Below, in pieces: positions 40,350 to 50,070 of a stretch of 64,000 bases of DNA; the first letter of the stretch is position 1; each line of letters begins with the position of its first letter. Source of the DNA: Roseovarius sp. Its GTDB lineage: Bacteria; Pseudomonadota; Alphaproteobacteria; Rhodobacterales; Rhodobacteraceae. Under the pieces are notes generated by a model. That model did no database searches. It saw only the letters and a program-made list of their open reading frames with translations, and had not been told where the DNA came from. Where the stretch lies: the NCBI GenBank assembly GCA_026709325.1, contig JAPOTF010000066.1, positions 4,501-68,500 of the forward strand, in the 5' to 3' direction. The translations under genes were made by a program, and so were the position numbers.

Positions 40350-41028
40350 TACCGAAACCACGGGACTTGATGCCAAAGAAGGCGACAGAATCGTTGAAAT
40401 AGGCTGCATTGAAATCATTGACCAAAGAATAACGGGTCGCAGTTATCATCAGTACATTAATCCGGAACGGGCCATGCCAACGGCGGCTTTCGAGGTGCAT
40501 GGCCTGGGCGATGAGTTTCTCGGTGACAAACCGGTTTTCACGGAAATTGCCGCCGAATTCATTGAATTCCTGGGTGATGCAAATCTTGTAATACACAATG
40601 CGAAATTTGACATGGAGTTTTTGAATTGCGAGCTCCAGAAGGCTGGTCGTCACGAAATCGAAATGGATCGCGCGATTGACACCGTGGAATTGTACAGAAA
40701 AAAACATCCCGGACAACGCGCAAGTCTGGATGCAATCTGCAGGCATTTTAGAATTGACAGTTCCAGACGCGTTAAACACGGTGCTCTGCTGGATGCGGAA
40801 TTGCTTGCGGAAGTTTATCTTGAATTAACCGGCGGCAGACAGAAAGACATGCTGACCGGCGTTTTTTCCGCCGCATCCGGCAAGGGGAACGATGCGGAGG
40901 ATGGCGAGTGGAGGCCTGAGCCGCGCCAAAAACCGCTTCCTTCAAGGCTGACGGACTCGGAACGTAAAGCGCATGAGATGTTTGTCGGTTCAATGGGGCC
41001 GGACGCTTTGTGGAACAAATTCAACTAG
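40321..41028 (+). CDS. dnaQ: DNA polymerase III subunit epsilon
   Basis: Exo I IVLDTETTGLD, Exo II VIHNAKFDMEFL, and Exo III HGALLDAELLAEVY. Confidence 0.93.
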   Translation: MVKMREIVLDTETTGLDAKEGDRIVEIGCIEIIDQRITGRSYHQYINPERAMPTAAFEVHGLGDEFLGDKPVFTEIAAEFIEFLGDANLVIHNAKFDMEFLNCELQKAGRHEIEMDRAIDTVELYRKKHPGQRASLDAICRHFRIDSSRRVKHGALLDAELLAEVYLELTGGRQKDMLTGVFSAASGKGNDAEDGEWRPEPRQKPLPSRLTDSERKAHEMFVGSMGPDALWNKFN

Positions 41029-41534
41029 ACATCCGCCTTTTTCTCTTTGCTTTCCTCAGATTTTTTCTGCCGCATTATCAGATTTCGATAAATGTGGGCA
41101 AAATCGATATTGTCAAGATTAAGTGGCGGAAATCCACCGTCTCGGGTCACGTCACTGACAATGCGACGCAGGAATGGAAACATAAGCCGCGGACATTCTA
41201 TATGAAGGACTGGAGACATGTTTTCTTCGGGAACTCCCTCAATTCGAAACACGCCCACGTAGTCAAGTTCAAGTATGAACAAAGTGTCTTCGGTGGCCTT
41301 GTTCACTGAATTGACCTTTAGCTCGATTGACACCTCATAAACGTGCTCCGTTTTTCTTTTTAACGCATTGAGATTGATATCGACTTTCAGCTCAGGCGAC
41401 ACCTCGGCGTCGGTCTGTGTTTGGGAAAGAATGTTTTCAAATGAAAGATCGCGAACATACTGGTTAAGGACGTTCATTTTAACCTGCACGGCCTGTTGCG
41501 GTTCCGGGTCGGCGCCATTGGCTTTACTAGTCAT
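41025..41534 (-). CDS. secB: Protein-export chaperone SecB
   Basis: YVRDLSFENI, ECPRLMFPFLRRIVSDVTRDGGFPPLNL, and an acidic tail. Confidence 0.9.
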   Translation of the reverse strand: MTSKANGADPEPQQAVQVKMNVLNQYVRDLSFENILSQTQTDAEVSPELKVDINLNALKRKTEHVYEVSIELKVNSVNKATEDTLFILELDYVGVFRIEGVPEENMSPVLHIECPRLMFPFLRRIVSDVTRDGGFPPLNLDNIDFAHIYRNLIMRQKKSEESKEKKADV

Positions 41535-41627
41535 TTTTCAACTTCCATGATTTGCGTTTGCTGCCGTCTGTTAACGATTTTTTGGAATATCCTCAATCGC
41601 CGAATTTGTCGATGCGATCATAAAAAA

Positions 41628-42077
41628 TCACGGTCTCTTTTCCCGTTCAACGTTGAATTCGCCATCTATAATGTCACCATGACCGCCATACTGCCGTGAA
41701 CGTGGATCTTCTTCCATGACAAGTTCCCGAATCCCGACACGCTTCCGCAACTGATTGAAGACTGCCGATCTGACGGCGGGTACAAGCAGGGCAAAACCAG
41801 CGCCGTCGGTAAAGAAACCGGGGGTTAGGAGCAATGCCCCCGCAACGAGGATCATCAGTCCTTTCGCGATGGGTTCAACGGGATCGTCGAGCCTTGATAT
41901 TGAACGCCTGATGTTGTTGATTTCCATAATTCCCTGACTGCGAACAAGCCAGCTTCCGATAAGGGCCGTTATTACAACCACTGCCAGAGTTGGCCAGAGC
42001 CCGATTAGGCCTCCGATCTGGATAAACAGCGCTATCTCTGTTATGGGAACGGCCAGAAACGCAAATAAGAACCACAT
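41628..42077 (-). CDS. fxsA: FxsA family membrane protein
   Basis: Start trimmed to MWFLFAFLAVPITEIALFIQIGGLIGLWPT. LLLTPGFFTDGAGFALLVP motif. Confidence 0.75.
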   Translation of the reverse strand: MWFLFAFLAVPITEIALFIQIGGLIGLWPTLAVVVITALIGSWLVRSQGIMEINNIRRSISRLDDPVEPIAKGLMILVAGALLLTPGFFTDGAGFALLVPAVRSAVFNQLRKRVGIRELVMEEDPRSRQYGGHGDIIDGEFNVEREKRP

Positions 42078-42187
42078 TCGGTTAAGTTCTCCCAATAATT
42101 CCAATGTCAAGGTAGACTTGACCCTCATCATGTCTTACATAGGTTCTGAAACCGTGTATTGCCATATATGTTTATCGAGAGGGATTC

Positions 42188-42859
42188 ATGAATTCGCCAA
42201 TAATTCAACTGCTGGTTCTTGCGGGCATTGCCGTTTTTCTGATTTTGAAACTGGCAAGGGTTTTGGGGACTCGCGACGGGTTTGAAGGACAGGTCAACAG
42301 GGAAGATGTCATTACACCTGCTCCGCAAGCCAAGAGAATAGGGAGTCTGGAGGTTATCGATGGCGGTCCTGATCGTGATATCACAGATCATGTGGCTGAA
42401 GACACGAATGCCGCCGGCGCATTGGCCGAAATGAAGAGAATCGATAAAAATTTCAACGTAACGGAATTTCTTCAAGGTGCCAGAGAGGCATATGAATGGA
42501 TACTGATGGCATTTGAGAACGGGAATCTTGAGGAAATTAAAGATTATCTTTCAGATGAGGTTTATGCGGCATTTGAAGCCGTTATAAGGGAACGGGAGTC
42601 CGAGGGGCTTACGGTGGAAGTGGAATTTGCGGGACTTCGCAAATTCAGGCTCCTTGACGCCGTGTTCATTCATGAAACAAAGAGCGCAATGCTAACGGTG
42701 CACTTTATTGGCGAATTGTGTTCGATTGTCAAAAATGCCGACGGTGAAATTGTGGAAGGAAAAAAGGGACATCCAGTGCGGCAGGACGATTACTGGACAT
42801 TTCAAAGAACAATGGGATCAAATGATCCCAATTGGCTTCTTGTCGCCACCTCCAGTTGA
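42188..42859 (+). CDS. Tim44-like domain protein
   Basis: N-terminal TM segment plus a C-terminal domain (FLQGAREAYEWILMAFENGNLEEIKDYLSDEVY...DDYWTFQR...DPNWLLVAT), as in the bacterial Tim44/TimA-like family. Confidence 0.65.
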   Translation: MNSPIIQLLVLAGIAVFLILKLARVLGTRDGFEGQVNREDVITPAPQAKRIGSLEVIDGGPDRDITDHVAEDTNAAGALAEMKRIDKNFNVTEFLQGAREAYEWILMAFENGNLEEIKDYLSDEVYAAFEAVIRERESEGLTVEVEFAGLRKFRLLDAVFIHETKSAMLTVHFIGELCSIVKNADGEIVEGKKGHPVRQDDYWTFQRTMGSNDPNWLLVATSS

Positions 42860-42946
42860 AATGATCCGCTTTTCGCCGTCATTAAATCAATCCAAACCCG
42901 GGAACATCTTTACTTTCCATTTCATCAGGTCTCGCGAGATGTTGTG

Positions 42947-43549
42947 ATGTCAGATCGCAAATCGAAATGCCTTACAACGGAAGATGTCAATTTGTGGCAT
43001 GAGGTTGCCGCGACCATAGACAGGAAACATGACCAAAAAAAGGTTGCAAGACCTGCAAAAGAGGTAAAGAGGCGATTACCGGAGACTAAAGCTTCGATTG
43101 AAAAAGGCACTAAAAACAGCCAGGAAGCAAAAGTCGAGCATTTGGGCTACGCAAATCGCGGTGACGTCGCCGCGGTGGGAAAAAAGCCCCGATCAAACAT
43201 ACATATGGACAGAAAAAAATACGGCCGGATGATCCGCGGGAACATGACGCCTGAAAAAACAATCGATTTGCATGGATTTAGGCAAGACCATGCAAAAAAG
43301 GTGCTTGCGGATTTCATACTCAAATCCCACCAGAATCAAAATCGCCTGCTTTTGGTCATAACGGGAAAGGGCAGAAATGATAATTGCGACCACTTTAATG
43401 CCGAAGAGGCGGGGGTGTTGCGCCGCGCGGTTCCTCAATGGCTGGAAGATCCGAAATTGGCAGATGTGGTGCTCCAAATTGCACAGGCCCATCGGAAACA
43501 TGGGGGAAGCGGAGCATATTACATTTATCTGAAGCGAAGGAGATTGTAG
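42947..43549 (+). CDS. Smr/MutS2-type small nuclease domain protein
   Basis: Smr domain IDLHGFRQDHAKKVLADFI...LLVITGKG...GVLRRAVPQWLE...HGGSGAYYIYLKR. Confidence 0.8.
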   Translation: MSDRKSKCLTTEDVNLWHEVAATIDRKHDQKKVARPAKEVKRRLPETKASIEKGTKNSQEAKVEHLGYANRGDVAAVGKKPRSNIHMDRKKYGRMIRGNMTPEKTIDLHGFRQDHAKKVLADFILKSHQNQNRLLLVITGKGRNDNCDHFNAEEAGVLRRAVPQWLEDPKLADVVLQIAQAHRKHGGSGAYYIYLKRRRL

Positions 43550-43578
43550 GAATCATCCGTTAAATGCAAACTTTTTGG

Positions 43579-43605
43579 TTCCGCGGCCAATCACGCGGAA
43601 TTTTT
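43579..43605 (+). terminator. Intrinsic terminator-like hairpin after the smr gene
   Basis: TTCCGCG gccaatca CGCGGAA followed by TTTTT. The stem is a perfect 7 bp. Confidence 0.5.
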
Positions 43606-43717
43606 CGGCGGTTTTTAATAAAATTGAATGAATTTGAAGCAGATTAATGGCAAGAGGCATCACTGGCGCTGAAAACTTGTTTAAACATCTCGAAAGCGGG
43701 GACGGAAATTACGTCTG

Positions 43718-45025
43718 TTAAAGTACATACCTGGATAAATCATGCGATTTCATCAGTTCTCCAAGATTCAACTCAACGAAATTTGAATCAACTGTCACCT
43801 TCTCGCCGCCGCGTTCAGGCGCGGTAAAGCTAAGTTCCTCAAAAACCCGCTCCATTATTGTGTACAGTCTGCGGGCACCTATGTTTTCCACTGTAAGATT
43901 GACCTCCGCGGCAATCCGGGCAATTGATGAAATGCCATCTTCTGTAAAGTTGACATCAAGTTTTTCCGTGGCCATCAGCGCGGAATACTGTCTTGTCAGC
44001 GCGTTGTCGGTTTCGGTCAGGATGCGGATGAAATCCGCTTCCGTAAGGGGTCTAAGTTCAACCCTTATGGGTAGTCTGCCCTGCAACTCGGGAAGCAGGT
44101 CTGACGGCTTTGCCACATGGAATGCGCCAGAGGCGATAAAAAGTATGTGATCGGTTTTCACCGGTCCGTGCTTCGTTGATATCGTTGTTCCCTCAATCAG
44201 AGGAAGCAGATCTCTTTGAACACCTTCCCTTGAAACATCCGCACCCCGTGTTTCGGAACGGGCGCACACCTTGTCGATTTCATCGAGAAACACTATTCCA
44301 TTCTGTTCCACCGCATCAAGCGCGGTCTTGTTTACAGAGTCATCATCAAGGATCTTGTCCGCCTCCTCCTTAATGAGGATGTCATAGCTTTCGGCCACGG
44401 TCATTTTTCTTTTTACCGTATTGTCGCCGAAGGCTTTGCCAAACAACTCCCCCAGATTCAGCATCCCCATCTGGCTGTGGGGCTGACCCGGAATGTCAAT
44501 CATGCTCAGAGGGTTGGAGGTTTCTGAAACCTCGATTTCAATTTCGGTGTCGTCAAGTTCTCCGTTTTTGAGCTTTTTTCGAAACATTTCCCTGGTTGAA
44601 TTGCGCGATTCAATTCCCGCAATTACATCCAGAACCCGGTTCTCCGCTCTTTGATGCGCGTTTGCCTGAACATCCTCGCGCATCCACTCGCGTGTTTCGA
44701 TAATGGCCGAGTCGACAAGATCTCGTATTATTTGTTCAACATCCCGGCCGACATAACCCACTTCGGTGAATTTTGTCGCCTCCACCTTGATGAACGGCGC
44801 TCTGGCAAGTTTGGCAAGACGCCTGGAGATTTCAGTTTTTCCAACGCCGGTTGGACCGATCATCAGGATATTCTTTGGATAAACCTCTTCACGCAAATCG
44901 TCGGAAAGCTGCTTGCGTCTCCAGCGGTTGCGCAACGCCACCGCGGTCGCGCGCTTGGCATCTTTCTGACCAATAATAAACCTGTCCAGTTCCGCAACAA
45001 TTTCACGCGGGGTGAGGTCTGTCAT
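43718..45025 (-). CDS. hslU: ATP-dependent protease ATPase subunit HslU
   Basis: [17 protein letters not shown], Walker [16 protein letters not shown], and IVFLDEIDK. Confidence 0.97.
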   Translation of the reverse strand: MTDLTPREIVAELDRFIIGQKDAKRATAVALRNRWRRKQLSDDLREEVYPKNILMIGPTGVGKTEISRRLAKLARAPFIKVEATKFTEVGYVGRDVEQIIRDLVDSAIIETREWMREDVQANAHQRAENRVLDVIAGIESRNSTREMFRKKLKNGELDDTEIEIEVSETSNPLSMIDIPGQPHSQMGMLNLGELFGKAFGDNTVKRKMTVAESYDILIKEEADKILDDDSVNKTALDAVEQNGIVFLDEIDKVCARSETRGADVSREGVQRDLLPLIEGTTISTKHGPVKTDHILFIASGAFHVAKPSDLLPELQGRLPIRVELRPLTEADFIRILTETDNALTRQYSALMATEKLDVNFTEDGISSIARIAAEVNLTVENIGARRLYTIMERVFEELSFTAPERGGEKVTVDSNFVELNLGELMKSHDLSRYVL

Positions 45026-45201
45026 GTAATTCTCCCAGGCTGTTTGCCAAATTCCAATCTGGCGCGGAGCAGTTCAACATTATCGCTCTGAATAGCATCA
45101 AGCGAAAAAACGCAAGCTATGACTTGCATTTTGCAGTATTTAGGGTTTTGCTGCGTATTGGGCAATTGCATAAAAGCCAAACAGACAATGGAGCAAATGA
45201 A

Positions 45202-45612
45202 ATGATTGACAGACGCAGATTTGTTTTTTCCGCAACCGCGTCCGCGCTTGGATTTCTTGCTATCGGAAAAACACCGAAAGCAATGGCTGATGATGTGGAG
45301 GTGCGGGCAAAGGGGATGTTTACAGGCCGCAGCGGTCACGTGTCAAGCGGCGCAGCCAGAGTGATAGTTGAAAATGACCGAATCTTCGTGGAGCTCGGCG
45401 ATGATTTCAGGCTTGATAGCGCTCCCGATCCGCGCGTGGCTTTTGGAAGGGATGGTCAATACGACAGAACGTCCTACCTTGGCGCGCTGCAAAAACTGCA
45501 CGGAAAACAGCGCTATGCCGTCCCGGTAACCTGGAAGATCTCAAATTACGATTCGGTTTATCTATGGTGCGAACTGGCAAATGTTCCTTTGGCGGTCGCG
45601 CCTTTCGAGTAA
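45202..45612 (+). CDS. DM13-domain protein with a twin-arginine-like signal
   Basis: MIDRRRFVFSATASALGFLAIG leader. GMFTGRSGHVSSGAARVIVENDRIFVELGDDFRLDSAPDPRVAFG...VYLWCE fits the DM13 pattern (G-x-F...H...G...V...F....GPD..V.L). Confidence 0.5.
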   Translation: MIDRRRFVFSATASALGFLAIGKTPKAMADDVEVRAKGMFTGRSGHVSSGAARVIVENDRIFVELGDDFRLDSAPDPRVAFGRDGQYDRTSYLGALQKLHGKQRYAVPVTWKISNYDSVYLWCELANVPLAVAPFE

Positions 45613-45730
45613 TACCCGATCAATGATGGTTTGCCGATAAAAAACGCTGCGGGACATGCAGTCAAGCGGTTGATCCATTATGACGCAAGTTAGAAGGAGC
45701 GAACCGAAAAACGCGGATTTCGCGCCTTGC

Positions 45731-46300
45731 TCATGTGCCGATCTTTTCCAAAGTCAGGCATTCATTGGTGTAAACGCATATGTCGGCGGCAATTGCCATT
45801 GACGCGCGCACGATTTCCTCGGCCGTTTTCTCAGAGTCGATCATGGCCCGGGCCGCCGCCAGAGCGTAGTTTCCTCCGGAGCCAATGGCCGCGATGCCAT
45901 GTTCCGGCTCAAGAACATCACCGGCGCCGGTAATGACAAAAAGTCCGCTTCCGTCGCTGACAATCAGCATTGCCTCAAGCTTTTGAAGATACTTGTCGGT
46001 GCGCCAATCCTTGGCAAGTTCAACACAGGCGCGCTGCAATTGTCCCGGAGTCGCCTCAAGCTTGGATTCAAAACGCTCAAGCAGAGTGAAGGCATCGGCG
46101 GTGGACCCCGCAAATCCCGCTATCACATCGTGCCCCCCCGGGGCCAGACGAAGCACCTTTCGCGCCGACCCCTTGATCACGGTCTGACCAAGACTGACCT
46201 GTCCGTCACCGGCAATTGCCACCTCGCCGTTTTTTTTCACACCGACAATGGTGGTGCCATGCCAGCGTGGAAATGGATCGCCCATGCGATTCTCCGTCAA
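45731..46300 (-). CDS. hslV: ATP-dependent protease subunit HslV
   Basis: [23 protein letters not shown] (N-terminal Thr nucleophile context), and [13 protein letters not shown]. Confidence 0.95.
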   Translation of the reverse strand: MTENRMGDPFPRWHGTTIVGVKKNGEVAIAGDGQVSLGQTVIKGSARKVLRLAPGGHDVIAGFAGSTADAFTLLERFESKLEATPGQLQRACVELAKDWRTDKYLQKLEAMLIVSDGSGLFVITGAGDVLEPEHGIAAIGSGGNYALAAARAMIDSEKTAEEIVRASMAIAADICVYTNECLTLEKIGT

Positions 46301-46342
46301 TTATGACGCGGCCCAATCCAGGACCGCATGCAGGCTGGAATG

Positions 46343-46663
46343 TCAGATGGTCGATTCAATCCAGTTCTGAAGAGAGGCCTTGGGAGCGGCACCGGAACGG
46401 TTTGACACAACCTCGCCGTCTTTGAATATGAAAAGCGCCGGAATGCCTCGGATACCCAGTTTGGATGCGGTATCCGGATTTGAATCAACGTCAACCTTGG
46501 CGATTTTAACCTTGCCCTCCATTTCCTCGGACAACTCCTCGAGCGCGGGGCCTATCTGCTTGCAGGGCCCGCACCATTCGGCCCAGAAATCAACCACTAC
46601 GGGTATATCTGAATTTTTAACTTCATCGTCAAAGGTGCCGTCGGTAACTGCAATGGTTCCCAT
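46343..46663 (-). CDS. trxA: Thioredoxin
   Basis: [14 protein letters not shown] active site. 106 aa. Confidence 0.95.
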   Translation of the reverse strand: MGTIAVTDGTFDDEVKNSDIPVVVDFWAEWCGPCKQIGPALEELSEEMEGKVKIAKVDVDSNPDTASKLGIRGIPALFIFKDGEVVSNRSGAAPKASLQNWIESTI

Positions 46664-46731
46664 TTAACTTCTCCTGACAGGTTGGCCAAAGATAGGCGAC
46701 TAGTTAGTTGTTTCCGTGCCGTTCGTCAATA

Positions 46732-49700
46732 TCATCTTAATTTGGAAAGCGCATCAGTGACAAGCTTGCGGGGAAGTTCCATCAAGGTGGCGCTGGCGGT
46801 CCAAAGAAGAGCCGTTTGAACATGGCGATCGGGATATATTTCACCAAGGGCAAGAGCATAGGCGCCCATTTGGCGAAGAAATCCCGCGGGGCAATCCGAA
46901 GCGGCTTTGGGGACAGCGCCGTTTGTCTTGAAATCGACCGCAAGGACGCGGTCGGCGGAAACAACCAACCTGTCAATCTGACCATGAATGCGCTTGCCGC
47001 CAAGCATGTCAATCGATGCGGAGACCGGCACTTCCGCAAGGGCGTTTTCGCCAAACAAATGGGAAAGTGAAGGATTGCAAAGCACATTGGATGCCTCGGC
47101 CAAAAGCGCTTCAAGTTCGGAACCTGCCGCATCTTCACCCGCGCCGCGAAGAATTCGTCTGGCGGCTTGAGGCCATTCCATTTTGGGTTCACCCGGCAGA
47201 TACTCTAGCAAACTGTGAATTTGCCGCCCTTTTCTCATGGCGGAATCCCTGTCAAGTTCCTTGTCTCCGGGAAATGTCTTGGCGCCTCCCAGTCCGGAAG
47301 GGCTGAGCGTTTTGACTTTAACCTTTGATCTTGAGGCCTTTTCGCGAAAATACCCCGGCAGTTTCATTTTTCTGGATTCGGGTTCGTTCTCGGGGCCGGG
47401 AGTTTGAGAATGCCAGTTTCCGCTTTCAATGCGCAAGGGATCGCCGACCGCGTGACATTTTTCCATGCCCTTCCGAACCATGCTGTACCAATCACGTCCA
47501 TCGTTGTCCAACTGGCCCGCCGCGGCGACGACCAGCCATTGCTCCGCGCGGGTCATCGCGACATAAAGCAGTCTTTCCCTTTCGGCCTTTTCAGTCTCGC
47601 TCCATTCGCGGTCGGCCTCCGACAGCGCCAGAGGCGCGTCCTCCTTCCTGCCGGCTCGCCAAAACGCCACGCCGCCCGAATTTGCAAGCTGGTGGTTCGG
47701 CCGCACCATGCGTCTCGCGGTATCGGGAAGAAAAACAACTGGAGATTCAAGGCCTTTGGCACCATGCGCGGTCATGACCCTTATCCGATCGCCCGCACTG
47801 TCCAGCTGACGCTTGATTTCAAGTTCATCCGTTTCCATCCACGAGAGAAAACCGGTTAGACTGTCCACGAAATTACGCTCATAGGTCATGGCCTGAGACA
47901 GCAGCGCGTCAATTCCGTCTTCCGCTTCACTGCCAAGACGGGCCAGAAGTTTGCGTCGGCCATCATGACGGATGAGCATGCGCTCTATAAGATCATGGGG
48001 ACGAAGAAATCCAACCTGTCTTCTCAAGTCGTTCAGAATGCGGTGGACGTCGGGAAACTCCGTTCTTCGTTTTTGGATTTCATTCCATAAAATACCGTTT
48101 CCCCGACTTTGGGCGACGTCAAACAGTTGCCGCTCCGTCCAGCCAAATAGAGGCGAGCGCAAGGCCGAGGCAAGCGATAGATCATCCTTTGGCGTGGACA
48201 GAAATTTCAGCAGAGCGCCAAGATCGCGAACCGCCAGCTCGGCGCCCACGCGCAAACGGTCCGCGCCCGCAACAGGCAGATCCAGTGATTTGCAGGCCCG
48301 GATTATCTCGTGAAAAAGATCCGATCGGCGCTGCACGAGTACCATGATGTCACCGGGAGCGATCGCGCGCGCGGTTCCGCTCTGGTCGGGCAGCGGCGAA
48401 CCGAGCATGTCCCTGATGGCGCCGGCCACTTTGTTTGCAAGTACCGATGGCGGATCATCGGGTGAGACAATGTCGACCGGTTGATGCCATTCGGGATCCT
48501 CGGGCCTGTCCGGCGGTTCAATCACCGGCCATAGATCAACTCTCCCGGGAAGATCCGTTTTGAAGGCCTTGTGACGCGAACCTCCCGTAAATCCACTTGC
48601 GTCCCGGTCTTCAAAAACGGCGTCCACGAGCTCCAGGATTGTCTGCGATGAGCGAAAGGAATACTCCATTTGAATGTCCTGGAGAGGCGAATCGGCAACC
48701 TTCAGACGTGATGAAAATTCGGCCTTGACTCTGTCGAACGCGCCCGGGTCCGCGCCTTGAAACGAATATATTGACTGCTTTTTGTCGCCCACGGCGAAAA
48801 CCGTGCGCGGTTTGTCCGGTTGCGCGCCTTCGCCACTGGTGAGTTCCTGCGCGAGCAGTTCAATGACCTCCCATTGCGTCGGGCTTGTGTCCTGCGCTTC
48901 ATCGACAAGTATGTGGTCGATTGCCCCGTCAAGTTTGTATAGTACCCATGCGGCATCGGACGATCTGGCAAGAAGATCGCGCGCTTTGGTGATGAGATCG
49001 TCAAAATCAAGCATTCCCCGGCGCTCTTTCGCGGAATCGTACGCGGGAAGAAACAAATTGGCGAAATCATGAAGAACTCTGGTTTTTTCAATCGCTGAAA
49101 GGGCTAGTCGGGACTCCCGCGCGATTTCCACTCGATTCATGAATTCATGAAGGTCCGGCATGACATCTGCCGCCTTCCCTCGGGACTTCCGCGTGGGAAA
49201 GGATTCCGTTTTTGCGGAAAACGGTTGATTGGCGGATGCGCCGTTAAGCAAGACTCTTTCCAGCACGGGAAGAGCGTCAAAATTCAGTTGTCGAATCCGG
49301 CCAAGAGCCTTGGCGGCCTTTTTGTCGGTCGCGCCACCGTCGCGCAGGACTGGAATTATCGTGTCGAGAATATGCTTTTCATGGCCTTTGAATACCGAGT
49401 TCTCAATTTTTTTCCGCGACAAATCAGCCGATTGCCCAAGACGAGCCGCAAGCTCGCCATTGTCCGGCGAGCCGGCAAAGAGATGGCGGTTTCTGACAAT
49501 GTCGCTGGACAGGTCTTCAATGGTTTCGCCGGAATGATGTCTTGCAACGGCATAGATGATGTCCGACCCGGGACCGGAGGCAATCTGTTCGACGATTTCC
49601 TCTCTGAGCATTGCGGCGCCTTTATCCTCCATTTCCCTGAATTGCGGGGCGACGCCCGCTTCAAGCGGAAACTGGCGAAGGAGAGCGGAGCAAAATGAAT

Positions 49701-50070
49701 GTATTGTCTGGATTTTTAGACCGCCCGGAGTTTCTATCGCCATCGCAAAGAGAGTTCGCGCCAGGCGCAGCCGATCGGAGCGCGGCGCCTCTTCAACGCC
49801 CAGATCGCCCAGCGCATGGCCCAGATCCCGGTCGTCCATCATGGACCATTCTCCCAGGCGCTTGAACAGGCGGTTTTGCATTTCCGTTGCCGCCGCCTTT
49901 GTGTAGGTCAGGCAGAGTATGTTTTGGGGCCTGGCCCCGTCCAGCAGCAAACGGGCAACGCGGTTTATTAAAACCGTGGTTTTCCCCGATCCCGCATTTG
50001 CGGATACCCAGGTGGATCGATCTGGCCGCGCGGCCATGTTCTGGAGAGTCGCCGCCTCGCCGTTTTTCAT
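46732..50070 (-). CDS. addA: Double-strand break repair helicase AddA (UvrD-like helicase/nuclease)
   Basis: Walker A SANAGSGKT, helicase motifs (LVDEAQDTS, VGDKKQSIYSFQGA), and the C-terminal nuclease GQIDRLVV...LAVDFKTN. Start trimmed to MKNGEA, giving an ATGA overlap with the addB stop. Confidence 0.9.
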   Translation of the reverse strand: MKNGEAATLQNMAARPDRSTWVSANAGSGKTTVLINRVARLLLDGARPQNILCLTYTKAAATEMQNRLFKRLGEWSMMDDRDLGHALGDLGVEEAPRSDRLRLARTLFAMAIETPGGLKIQTIHSFCSALLRQFPLEAGVAPQFREMEDKGAAMLREEIVEQIASGPGSDIIYAVARHHSGETIEDLSSDIVRNRHLFAGSPDNGELAARLGQSADLSRKKIENSVFKGHEKHILDTIIPVLRDGGATDKKAAKALGRIRQLNFDALPVLERVLLNGASANQPFSAKTESFPTRKSRGKAADVMPDLHEFMNRVEIARESRLALSAIEKTRVLHDFANLFLPAYDSAKERRGMLDFDDLITKARDLLARSSDAAWVLYKLDGAIDHILVDEAQDTSPTQWEVIELLAQELTSGEGAQPDKPRTVFAVGDKKQSIYSFQGADPGAFDRVKAEFSSRLKVADSPLQDIQMEYSFRSSQTILELVDAVFEDRDASGFTGGSRHKAFKTDLPGRVDLWPVIEPPDRPEDPEWHQPVDIVSPDDPPSVLANKVAGAIRDMLGSPLPDQSGTARAIAPGDIMVLVQRRSDLFHEIIRACKSLDLPVAGADRLRVGAELAVRDLGALLKFLSTPKDDLSLASALRSPLFGWTERQLFDVAQSRGNGILWNEIQKRRTEFPDVHRILNDLRRQVGFLRPHDLIERMLIRHDGRRKLLARLGSEAEDGIDALLSQAMTYERNFVDSLTGFLSWMETDELEIKRQLDSAGDRIRVMTAHGAKGLESPVVFLPDTARRMVRPNHQLANSGGVAFWRAGRKEDAPLALSEADREWSETEKAERERLLYVAMTRAEQWLVVAAAGQLDNDGRDWYSMVRKGMEKCHAVGDPLRIESGNWHSQTPGPENEPESRKMKLPGYFREKASRSKVKVKTLSPSGLGGAKTFPGDKELDRDSAMRKGRQIHSLLEYLPGEPKMEWPQAARRILRGAGEDAAGSELEALLAEASNVLCNPSLSHLFGENALAEVPVSASIDMLGGKRIHGQIDRLVVSADRVLAVDFKTNGAVPKAASDCPAGFLRQMGAYALALGEIYPDRHVQTALLWTASATLMELPRKLVTDALSKLR

